From an uncultured virus (IMG/VR IMGVR_UViG_3300044641_006529) (taxonomy: Duplodnaviria; Heunggongvirae; Uroviricota; Caudoviricetes), in the IMG/VR virus record IMGVR_UViG_3300044641_006529: 20,000 nt of DNA. One strand, 5' to 3'. Shown one piece after another: positions 8,758 through 15,778 of this stretch. Made by a program: the position numbers and the translations under genes. The notes under the pieces are model-generated. The model ran no database searches, was not told the DNA's origin, and saw only the letters and a program-made list of their open reading frames with translations. The stretch's first letter is position 1. Every line of letters begins with the position of its first letter.

Positions 8758-9323
8758 ATTTGCTGTGCTGCTTTTTTGACTAATTTTTTAATTGAATCGT
8801 CTAACCGCTCAACAGCCTCTCGCATCATTTTTATTAGTTCGATATTTTCGTTGCTCGTTTCGTCCGTAGATTTAGAAAGCATTAAATCGCACAATCCAGC
8901 TATGCTGGTTAAAGGTTGCCTAATTTCGTGAGATAGCATAAACCGTATATCCTCTAATAGCGTTTTTTGCCGTTCGTATTCGTGGCTTGGGATATTGCTT
9001 ATGTCCAAAATGGGTGCGCCAACAAAATGGAAAGAGTTTAGAATAAAGTACACGTTAAATAAATTCCAACGCAAACTTTGGTTTTTCTGTTTTATTCTGA
9101 AATAGAACCGTATCGGCTCAGACGGGTGCGCTTTAGATTTTTCAATAGCTTTCAGTAATTCGTTTTTGTCATACGAATCAACTATAAAATCGTCAAACGT
9201 TTTAGGTTTGATGTGGCTGGTATATTCTTCAAATAAATCATTGGCAATTATAATCGCCCCCGACACATCAGATACAAAGTAGAACAAGTCCAACGACTTG
9301 TGTAAAAGGTATTTTACAGACAT
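8754..9323 (-). CDS. PAS-like domain plus HisKA (DHp) phosphoacceptor domain, no HATPase_c
   Basis: PAS-like N-terminus (FYFVSDVSGAIIIANDLF...FRIKQKNQSLRW); H-box SHEIRQPLTSIAGLCDLM; second helix AVERLDDSIKKL, then stop. No N/G1/F/G2 boxes. Confidence 0.8.
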   Translation of the reverse strand: MSVKYLLHKSLDLFYFVSDVSGAIIIANDLFEEYTSHIKPKTFDDFIVDSYDKNELLKAIEKSKAHPSEPIRFYFRIKQKNQSLRWNLFNVYFILNSFHFVGAPILDISNIPSHEYERQKTLLEDIRFMLSHEIRQPLTSIAGLCDLMLSKSTDETSNENIELIKMMREAVERLDDSIKKLVKKAAQQI

Positions 9324-9361
9324 TAATGGAATAGCTATATTTCATACTGCCTTTAGTATAA

Positions 9362-9369
9362 CAAATATA
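9362..9369 (-). promoter_or_regulatory. Bacteroidota -7 element (TATATTTG)
   Basis: Intergenic, 38 nt upstream of the PAS-HisKA ATG. Confidence 0.55.
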
Positions 9370-9380
9370 GCAAAAATAAA

Positions 9381-9974
9381 TTATGCAATTGCTGTACGCA
9401 AATCGCTGATTAGTTTGCCCCAACTATTGTTAATTATGCAACGGTTCAAGTATGCAATAGTAATAAGCACCATTAAAGGCAAATAAACTATTGTTGCCAC
9501 ATCATCATTACTTGTTTTGTGTGTAGTGTATGTGGGCTTATCGTAATATTTAACGGTGTATCTACTTAACGTGCCAAACTGGTAGTTTGAGGGCTTAATT
9601 GTGTCGCTGGGGTAAAATGTAATCATAGGTTTTTCGGTTTGTTGCTGCGGCTCAGTTTGCATATCGGTTAAAATAGTATCGCCATCGTGTAAATAAAGAT
9701 ACATATAATTTCCAAAACCATCTGATACGGGAACAATACGAATAGAATCATACCCAGTTTCAACAATAGGTGCTTGTGGTTCTTCAACATCATTAACTAC
9801 TACGTAATCATACTCTATCAAGGTGTCATTGTGGGCGTATGGATTAATATGAGTGCTGTAAATAGCAGAACCACCAGCATCTTCGTAAGAATGTGTTGTC
9901 TGACTATGACCTTTTTTGATTTTATGCCTTACAACCTTAATTGTATCGGCTGGTATTGAATTATTGCATTTCAT
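9381..9974 (-). CDS. Hypothetical protein with C-terminal TM
   Basis: 197-aa ORF overlapping the holin-like stop; hydrophobic VATIVYLPLMVLITIAYL near the C-terminus; repeated DT(I/L) motifs. Confidence 0.6.
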   Translation of the reverse strand: MKCNNSIPADTIKVVRHKIKKGHSQTTHSYEDAGGSAIYSTHINPYAHNDTLIEYDYVVVNDVEEPQAPIVETGYDSIRIVPVSDGFGNYMYLYLHDGDTILTDMQTEPQQQTEKPMITFYPSDTIKPSNYQFGTLSRYTVKYYDKPTYTTHKTSNDDVATIVYLPLMVLITIAYLNRCIINNSWGKLISDLRTAIA

Positions 9975-10218
9975 CTGAGCCTCCGTTCTTTTTGTAGTTT
10001 CCTAAATACTTAAAAAACGCTACAAAGTCTATGGTATTATTGATAAATCCCCCAGCAACAAGTAGTATAATTCCAAAAACAGCCTTTTCTTGGCTTATTT
10101 TGTCAAAATACCAAAGGTACAGCGTTATCAATATAGCCAAAGAGCCAAAAGTTTCTTTCCAGTTCTTTAGCAATGCTAATATAATTTTAATCCATCGGGG
10201 GTAGCGTACTTCGGACAT
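9961..10218 (-). CDS. Putative holin (2 TM)
   Basis: MSEVRYPRW...KNWKETFGSLAILITLYLWYF..AVFGIILLVAGGFI with a charged C-tail. KNWKxT is common in Bacteroidota phage holin-like proteins; ATG at 10218 preferred over 10233. Confidence 0.55.
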   Translation of the reverse strand: MSEVRYPRWIKIILALLKNWKETFGSLAILITLYLWYFDKISQEKAVFGIILLVAGGFINNTIDFVAFFKYLGNYKKNGGSDEMQ

Positions 10219-10284
10219 AGACCAACATAACAAAATGCTTAATCTGATAATGCTGATATAGTGCCTACTAAAACAAAGTTTGTA

Positions 10285-10309
10285 GTGCTAATAAATTTAC
10301 GATTAGCAC
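10285..10309. other. Intergenic inverted repeat (possible terminator or operator)
   Basis: GTGCTAAT-9 nt-ATTAGCAC upstream of the holin-like gene. Confidence 0.35.
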
Positions 10310-10360
10310 AGCAAAAAGTTGTCTGAATACTATATATTTATTACATAGCTTGGTTTGTGG

Positions 10361-10594
10361 CTATTTGTAACGCTTATTAAAATGCCGAAACAACGCTTTT
10401 TCTACCTTGTAATGCTCAACAAGATTGGCTTGAACAAAGGGATTTGTTGCAAATTCGGGGATAAGCAAATCTACAAACGATTTAGGGTTTAATTCTTCAA
10501 CCCGTGAGGCAAATTTGATTAATTCGTCCTCAGTAAATCCTTGCTTATACTGGGTAGGGTATGAATAAACGCAATCGGTCAGAGTAATCTCCAT
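10361..10594 (-). CDS. Hypothetical protein, 77 aa
   Basis: ATG-started ORF on the dominant strand; no recognised motif. Confidence 0.6.
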   Translation of the reverse strand: MEITLTDCVYSYPTQYKQGFTEDELIKFASRVEELNPKSFVDLLIPEFATNPFVQANLVEHYKVEKALFRHFNKRYK

Positions 10595-10601
10595 ATATTT
10601 G
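10594..10601 (+). promoter_or_regulatory. Bacteroidota -7 element (TATATTTG) for the FkbM gene
   Basis: 21 nt before the ATG at 10623; touches the start codon of the divergent gene. Confidence 0.5.
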
Positions 10602-10622
10602 GTTTGTTTAAATTATATTAGA

Positions 10623-11291
10623 ATGAATGAGTGTTTTATTGAGCAGTTTGAATTGTGCAACAACCAGCACGGTTTAACAATATTTGACGTAGGGGCTTCG
10701 TTCGGACAAACCGCAGAGGTGTATGCAGCCTTAGTGCCTAACTCCAAAATACATTGCTTTGAACCTTTTGTTGACGCTTTTACCATATTGGCAAAAAATT
10801 GTAGCCAAATTCCTAACATATCGCTTATCAATAAAGCCGTTTCAGATACAAATGGTGAAGCAATATTTTTCGTAAACTCCAGCAGCCTAACCAATAGCTT
10901 GTTAGAAACAGATAATGATAGCGCACACTTGGTTTGGGGAAATGGCTTATTAGAAACAAAATACGCAATTGGCGTTTCCACGATAACCTTAGATACCTAC
11001 GTCTTTGAAAATAAGATACCATACATTGATATTCTAAAAATTGATGTGCAAGGGGCTGAAAACAAGGTATTGACTGGAGCGGCAAAATGTTTCTTTGAGC
11101 GAAAAATAGGACTTGTATATACTGAAATCATTACAGCAAACACTTACGTTAATCAAGTAGGCTACAACGAAACAATATCGCTAATGGAGGCTTTAGGGTA
11201 TGACCTTCACAAGCTATACAATCACAGCTACGACAATGCTGGGCAGCTAAGACAAGTTGATGCTTTATTTGTTCCAAGAGTTAGCGTTTGA
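10623..11291 (+). CDS. FkbM-family SAM-dependent methyltransferase
   Basis: IFDVGASFGQ, IHCFEP, INKAVSD..G, TITLD..IDILKIDVQGAE, QVDALF motifs. ATG at 10623 preferred over TTG at 10599. Confidence 0.9.
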   Translation: MNECFIEQFELCNNQHGLTIFDVGASFGQTAEVYAALVPNSKIHCFEPFVDAFTILAKNCSQIPNISLINKAVSDTNGEAIFFVNSSSLTNSLLETDNDSAHLVWGNGLLETKYAIGVSTITLDTYVFENKIPYIDILKIDVQGAENKVLTGAAKCFFERKIGLVYTEIITANTYVNQVGYNETISLMEALGYDLHKLYNHSYDNAGQLRQVDALFVPRVSV

Positions 11292-11526
11292 GATTTAACA
11301 ATTCGTATTTTGTTTCAACAAAAAAGTTGCTGCAATCTTTACCGCTGAGTTCTTTAACTGGGCAATTTTGCGGACTTGCTGAAATAATTAAATCCAGCGT
11401 TTTGGAAACGATTTTTTTAACGGCTTCTAATTCAACATTGTTTAATGCACTAAGCCCCATCAATGAGGCGTAGCTTTCCACCAGTTTATTTGCATAAACA
11501 AAAGGTTGCATATCTTTTGACATCAA
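11281..11526 (-). CDS. Small phage hypothetical protein
   Basis: A.KLV...KTLDLII....FFVETKYELLNL resembles a common small Bacteroidota-phage family; ATGA overlap with the upstream gene. Confidence 0.6.
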   Translation of the reverse strand: MMSKDMQPFVYANKLVESYASLMGLSALNNVELEAVKKIVSKTLDLIISASPQNCPVKELSGKDCSNFFVETKYELLNLKR

Positions 11527-11765
11527 TAGTAGTTTTTAACCACGTAAGAATCGCAATCTACGTAATTTATCAAACCATATATTGACGAATTTTCCTCCCC
11601 GCAGTTAAACGCTTCTTTAATTTGATTTAATTCGGTAGTGCGTAAACTGGAAATTAAATCAATTGCATCTTGATACGCTTTTCGGCTATCTTCGGTTTTA
11701 GCATCCGATTGACGCTTGTTCAGTTCCTCTATTGCGAGAAATAAGGCTGTTCGTTGTTTTTCCAT
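11523..11765 (-). CDS. Small phage hypothetical protein
   Basis: Likely start MEKQRTALF at 11765, just after the upstream stop; ELNQIKEAFNCG...SYVVKNYY pattern of a common Bacteroidota-phage family. Confidence 0.65.
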   Translation of the reverse strand: MEKQRTALFLAIEELNKRQSDAKTEDSRKAYQDAIDLISSLRTTELNQIKEAFNCGEENSSIYGLINYVDCDSYVVKNYY

Positions 11766-11767
11766 AA

Positions 11768-12163
11768 TTATTGGCTGCTCCACATAAAGGTAGCTTTCCC
11801 GTTTTCGGGTATAAATAAAGTAATGTTTGCAACATTTCCGTTTTGAGAGTACATTCTCCACGAATTGTTATTTACAATTACATATTGCTTATTGTAAATC
11901 TCTACAAGGCTGTTTAATGAGCCTTGTGTTTTAGGTTCTATAAAAGTCGCGTTACACGTTTGGCTTTTGTCAAAGAAAAAATAAGTCACCAAGTAGTTAC
12001 CCAACAGCATAGCGGCATATTTATCTCCATCATCAGTCGTTCCCACAGTAATACCATCGTCCTTAAATTCGGAGTAAATATCACCTATTGTACTACCAAG
12101 CCTTGCTTGTGAGTTTGCGCTGAGTGTAAATAAACTAAGCACAATTATAAAAAGACGTTTCAT
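11768..12163 (-). CDS. Exported protein with Sec signal peptide
   Basis: MKRLFIIVLSLFTLSANS|Q: SPI-type signal with Gln at +1, typical of Bacteroidota. Confidence 0.7.
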   Translation of the reverse strand: MKRLFIIVLSLFTLSANSQARLGSTIGDIYSEFKDDGITVGTTDDGDKYAAMLLGNYLVTYFFFDKSQTCNATFIEPKTQGSLNSLVEIYNKQYVIVNNNSWRMYSQNGNVANITLFIPENGKATFMWSSQ

Positions 12164-12351
12164 ATTTTGACCGCATTGCTAATAGCATCGTAACAAATTT
12201 GCTGTACGACTTCTTTACCGCCAAGCATATTAATTACAGATTCACGGATAAAGATATTAATTGTATTCTTTTTATCGTCTATTGGTTTACGACCAGCGTT
12301 CGATTTTTTTTCGGGTTGAGAGGCTCTTTTGGGTTTCATATCAATCATCAA
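12160..12351 (-). CDS. Small putative DNA-binding protein (AGRKP plus ribbon-helix-helix-like)
   Basis: KSNAGRKPIDDKKNTINIFIRESVINMLGG. Confidence 0.5.
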   Translation of the reverse strand: MMIDMKPKRASQPEKKSNAGRKPIDDKKNTINIFIRESVINMLGGKEVVQQICYDAISNAVKI

Positions 12352-12574
12352 GTTTAGAAATTATTAGTTCGGTTAGGGCTTCGGGAGTTAGTTCTAAATA
12401 AAGAAAATCAAGCAAAGAACCCTCAATTAGTGTTAGGCTTTCAAGTTCAAAATCGGATGCGGAGCCTGGGTGTGCGTTGTCAACTGGGTAGTGTACGGCT
12501 GGCTCACCCTCTGAATAATATCCAGTAGCCTCAAATACCACATCGCCCAGTTTAATTGTAATTGTTTTGGTCAT
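12341..12574 (-). CDS. Hypothetical acidic phage protein
   Basis: GYYSEGEP......HPGSASDFELES pattern; overlaps the next gene. Confidence 0.65.
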   Translation of the reverse strand: MTKTITIKLGDVVFEATGYYSEGEPAVHYPVDNAHPGSASDFELESLTLIEGSLLDFLYLELTPEALTELIISKLDD

Positions 12575-12579
12575 AAAGC

Positions 12580-12604
12580 AAAAAAATGGGGGCTAACAGC
12601 CCCC
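12580..12604 (-). terminator. Rho-independent terminator
   Basis: GGGGGCT-AAC-AGCCCCC hairpin with an A7 run on the + strand (U tract on -), 20 nt after the stop at 12625. Confidence 0.75.
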
Positions 12605-12624
12605 GTCAAGGTTAGAAAAAAAAC

Positions 12625-13008
12625 TTATCCAAAAATTACTTCTCCAAAGAAAATGGTCTGTATAACAACATCGGCATCAATAACATCATCGCAACCAGTT
12701 TCAATGTTAGTCATATTATCAAACGGCACTAACTTAATGCGGTTATAAATGTCCTCCATCTTAATCGCTTTGGTGTACTCTCCATCGTTTTCGTGGTCAA
12801 CAATAGATAGTTCTTTGCCGTCTTTTAGGACTTGCATCCATACGTCCTCTAAACAAGGATTTTCTAATTTTTGCTTGGCTGCTTTGTAATCGTTTTCGTT
12901 GCAGTCAACTTCCAGCCCGTAACCAGCTAACCAGCCAGTACCCGCTGCGTTGCAAAGGGAGTTATAGAAAACTTCCTCTGCTTCTGTGTTTGTGAGTTCA
13001 ATTGTCAT
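12625..13008 (-). CDS. Acidic phage hypothetical protein
   Basis: C-terminal DADVVIQTIFFGEVIFG motif; has its own promoter and terminator. Confidence 0.75.
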   Translation of the reverse strand: MTIELTNTEAEEVFYNSLCNAAGTGWLAGYGLEVDCNENDYKAAKQKLENPCLEDVWMQVLKDGKELSIVDHENDGEYTKAIKMEDIYNRIKLVPFDNMTNIETGCDDVIDADVVIQTIFFGEVIFG

Positions 13009-13028
13009 ATACTTGAATTTAGTTTAGG

Positions 13029-13036
13029 CAAATATA
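13029..13036 (-). promoter_or_regulatory. Bacteroidota -7 element (TATATTTG)
   Basis: 20 nt upstream of the ATG at 13008 in an AT-rich intergenic region. Confidence 0.6.
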
Positions 13037-13180
13037 AACAAATTATAATAAACCAAAAATTTTATTGTAAATTAATTATATGCTATTTATTTTTCAATTA
13101 CTTGGGCAATTTCCGTCTTGGGTAAACTCAAAGGTCACATATTATTTGTATTTGCGAAAATTTATAGCGGCTATTAGATA

Positions 13181-13931
13181 GTTAGCAGTAATACTACATT
13201 CCATCTCCGAATAGAGTTTTCTGCGTTAAATCTTTTTCTTTTCTTTTTTCTTCCCACGCTTTAAAAAGTAGTTTTGGGTCTTGTTTGTAAATATAAAATT
13301 CTGTTTTGTCAAATAAGCCACTTGCATAATACCAACTTGGAAATGGTGGTCTATCTCCGCTATATGATATTCGCTTATCAAACATCATTACATTAAAATC
13401 TTTTGCTTTTGAAATTATCTTTACAAAACTCGCACTTTGAATTGAGGTAGCCGACATTAGTAGGCAAAATGGTTTATTCAATCCTATACACCTTTCAAAT
13501 ATTTTGTTTTTAATACTAAATGGTGGGTTTGTAATTATTACATCATATTGTTCTGTTGGTTCGTAATTTAAAAAATCTTGTCCATTATCAATATGTGAGT
13601 GTATTACATTAAACCCTTCAAGTTTAAATACTTTTACATATTCACTCCGTTCCTTGTCGCAAGGACACCATATCGTTTTAAAGCCCTTATTTTTCATAAA
13701 AGGCACAAGTATTTCTACTATGTATTTCGGAGTGTAATATTCATCTCCTTGTTCTGTTACTATCTGTAAACTCATATTTTTAATTTTATTTTAATATTTT
13801 GCCCTCGCACAAAAAAAAAGAAAAAGGTTCGGTTCTTCTATTGAGCATTTGTGGTTAATTACCGTACTATTGCTAACACCACCTATACGCAAGTTTTGTG
13901 AAAAACAAAACCTGACGTATAGCTGTAAACG
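13181..13931 (+). mobile_element. Integron-like gene cassette carrying the adenine MTase (gene antisense to the attC-like site)
   Basis: Begins GTTAGCAGTAATAC (13181-13194). Its near-complement GTACTATTGCTAAC (13864-13877, 12/14) opens an attC-like hairpin that ends at G|TTAGGT (13931). Confidence 0.55.
13194..13775 (-). CDS. Phage DNA N6-adenine methyltransferase
   Basis: DEYYTP, IWCPCD, GQDFL, DVIITNPPFS (motif IV) and FDKRI; no cognate endonuclease nearby. Confidence 0.85.
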   Translation of the reverse strand: MSLQIVTEQGDEYYTPKYIVEILVPFMKNKGFKTIWCPCDKERSEYVKVFKLEGFNVIHSHIDNGQDFLNYEPTEQYDVIITNPPFSIKNKIFERCIGLNKPFCLLMSATSIQSASFVKIISKAKDFNVMMFDKRISYSGDRPPFPSWYYASGLFDKTEFYIYKQDPKLLFKAWEEKRKEKDLTQKTLFGDGM

Positions 13932-13937
13932 TTAGGT
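13871..13937 (+). repeat. attC-like (Flavo-1-like) imperfect palindrome
   Basis: TGCTAAC-accac-CTATACGCAAGTTTTGT-gaaaa-ACAAAACCTG(A)CGTATAG-ctgtaaac-GTTAGGT: AAC/GTT ends, unpaired spacers, long stem with one mismatch and one extrahelical base. Confidence 0.65.
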
Positions 13938-13979
13938 GCAATAAAAAATAAATTTCCCACCGCACCCAACTATAACATC

Positions 13980-14204
13980 TTAGCTTAATGATACCCAAAA
14001 ATCATAATATCCGTCAGCATCCTTTACGGCTTTTACATTATAACCTTGTGAAATTAGTTCCGAAGTTATTGATGCTGCTTTCGCTTTTTTTGCGTTGAAA
14101 TAACTTTTACCGTAACCCATTACAGCAATTCTGTTTCCGCTTGCTGGTATATTTACATTATACCCAGCTTTTTGCAATTTTTCTTTTAAGTCTTGTAAAT
14201 TCAT
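13980..14204 (-). CDS. Hypothetical protein, 74 aa
   Basis: Clean ORF with an internal duplication (LQKAGYNV / LISQGYNV); near-consensus CATATTTG at 14236-14243. Confidence 0.65.
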   Translation of the reverse strand: MNLQDLKEKLQKAGYNVNIPASGNRIAVMGYGKSYFNAKKAKAASITSELISQGYNVKAVKDADGYYDFWVSLS

Positions 14205-14260
14205 TTTGTTTTTGTTTAAATTTATAAGTTAGGTACAAATATGCAACATTTTACGTCAAG

Positions 14261-14560
14261 TTAGCGGCAAGCTGACAAACGCTTTTCAAAATCATTCAGC
14301 ACTTTGACTAAATCATTTAGGTTTTCAAAAGCCCATCTTTCTGTTTTTAATACATAATAAACACCACCGCCAGCATCTTCTGTGCTTACTTCAAGAAACT
14401 GTAAACCATCAGAGTTGCTATCCGCTTCTTGTGTATATTCAACTAATACTTTATTAACTGATACTGGTTGTTCCGATGAAGGAAAGCCAGCCGCTAACAA
14501 AGTATTGCCGACAATAGCGGCTTCTGTGCTTATTTCAACTTTTTGTTCTTTATTATTCAT
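14261..14560 (-). CDS. Hypothetical protein whose N-terminus is encoded by an attC-like arm
   Basis: DAGGGVYYVLKTERWAF domain. Stop codon lies within GTTAGCGGC; the segment TEAAIVGNTLLAAG is the reverse strand of GCCGCTAACAAAGTATTGCCGACAATAGCGGCTTC. Confidence 0.7.
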   Translation of the reverse strand: MNNKEQKVEISTEAAIVGNTLLAAGFPSSEQPVSVNKVLVEYTQEADSNSDGLQFLEVSTEDAGGGVYYVLKTERWAFENLNDLVKVLNDFEKRLSACR

Positions 14561-14642
14561 TTTTTCTTAATTTAAAGTTTTGTAATTATAATTCCGTCTA
14601 TCAATCATTCGTTTTTAATGCCTCCGTTATTGGTGTATAAGA

Positions 14643-15356
14643 TTAAAATAAAGTAGTTTGAATTGCTGGTTTATAATCGGCAGCATAACGACCATTTATT
14701 CCTTTAGGGTATGGATGAATTGAATAAGCCAGTTTTTGCCTCATTTCTTTGATGGCTCTTTTGCTCCCCAGCAAGTAGAAATAACGGTGCTTTTGACTAC
14801 GTGCTTTATGATACACGTTATCCGCTCCAAATTTTTGCTTTAACAGAGCAATCCTATCTGTGTTTTCGGGTAGTTCGTCCATTCTGCCAACTTTCTCCAA
14901 TATGGTTGTTGCGTGTAGGTGTTCGTATCCTTTTACCATTACATCATATCTGACCTCTGTTAAACCAGTATAAATCCAGTTAGTCGCTTGGTAAATATAT
15001 CCGTGATGCTTTTGTTCGGTGTCAGCATAGCTAACTATAACGTGCGGCTTTGGTAACAGCTTTAAAGATTGTGAAACGAAAAACGAGAGTGCGTTTTTAG
15101 TTAGACCTTCATTAACGACCAGCCGATTTAACTCTAAGAACGTTTGCTGAAAACAACCACTAAATGCGCCTTCAATTAATGATGCTGCCATCGGTCTGCC
15201 AAATGTTATTACCCCTACCAAATATTTGTTACTATCAAATAGCCCAAACGCATAGCTTATACTCGGCAACCTACGTGCGTAGTGTTTCTTTAAAATCCAA
15301 TCGTGTGTTTGGAAATTGTCAATTGATGATACGCTGTAATTCGATTTAACTGGCAT
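14643..15356 (-). CDS. mom: Mom-like (phage Mu Mom family, GNAT fold) DNA adenine-modification enzyme
   Basis: KKHYARRLP...FGLF...GVITFG.P...LELNRL...SFFVSQSL...IVSYADTEQKHHGYIYQATNWIYTG...KHRY. Confidence 0.8.
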   Translation of the reverse strand: MPVKSNYSVSSIDNFQTHDWILKKHYARRLPSISYAFGLFDSNKYLVGVITFGRPMAASLIEGAFSGCFQQTFLELNRLVVNEGLTKNALSFFVSQSLKLLPKPHVIVSYADTEQKHHGYIYQATNWIYTGLTEVRYDVMVKGYEHLHATTILEKVGRMDELPENTDRIALLKQKFGADNVYHKARSQKHRYFYLLGSKRAIKEMRQKLAYSIHPYPKGINGRYAADYKPAIQTTLF

Positions 15357-15778
15357 CAGAATAGGCTTAATTGCGTGGTTGTAAATTGCTTTTCGCCAAA
15401 ATAGTTAATATGCTCATTAACCTTGTCCACCACAATTTTTGCCCTTGCGCTTGGTTGCTTAGTAAGAAACATACCTCTGCGTTTGAGCATATAAGGGGGC
15501 TTTAAATCAAAGTGCGTGTATTGTTCTTTTGTAGGGTCTAAAATCTCACCAGTATTTTTATTCTGCAACCACCAATGAGTAGCCCTACCGCCTTCATCGT
15601 TATAAACAGCGTAATAGACATCGTAATTTTCTTTGTCTATCAAATGGTACAATGCTTCCGCTCCTATGTAACAATGACCTTCAAGCGGATGCTCTTGCTT
15701 CACCCAACGCCCCACCAGTAAATCGGGCGTTAGGTTGTCTTGTACCAGCTTAATAATTTCGGGATAGCCAAAAATCAT
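15356..15778 (-). CDS. Papain/transglutaminase-like Cys-His-Asp protein
   Basis: GHCYIGAEAL, THWWL and ILDPTKEQY give a C-H-D triad; ends in QLSLF; TGATG overlap with the mom-like start. Confidence 0.65.
   Translation of the reverse strand: MIFGYPEIIKLVQDNLTPDLLVGRWVKQEHPLEGHCYIGAEALYHLIDKENYDVYYAVYNDEGGRATHWWLQNKNTGEILDPTKEQYTHFDLKPPYMLKRRGMFLTKQPSARAKIVVDKVNEHINYFGEKQFTTTQLSLF

Noticed and set aside
11280..11286. GTTAGCG at the end of the FkbM gene, resembling an attC R' box
   Set aside because: No matching AAC arm or palindrome found nearby.
11766..11861. N-terminal extension of the ORF listed as 11523-11861
   Set aside because: Overlaps the exported-protein gene; the ATG at 11765 directly follows that gene's stop.
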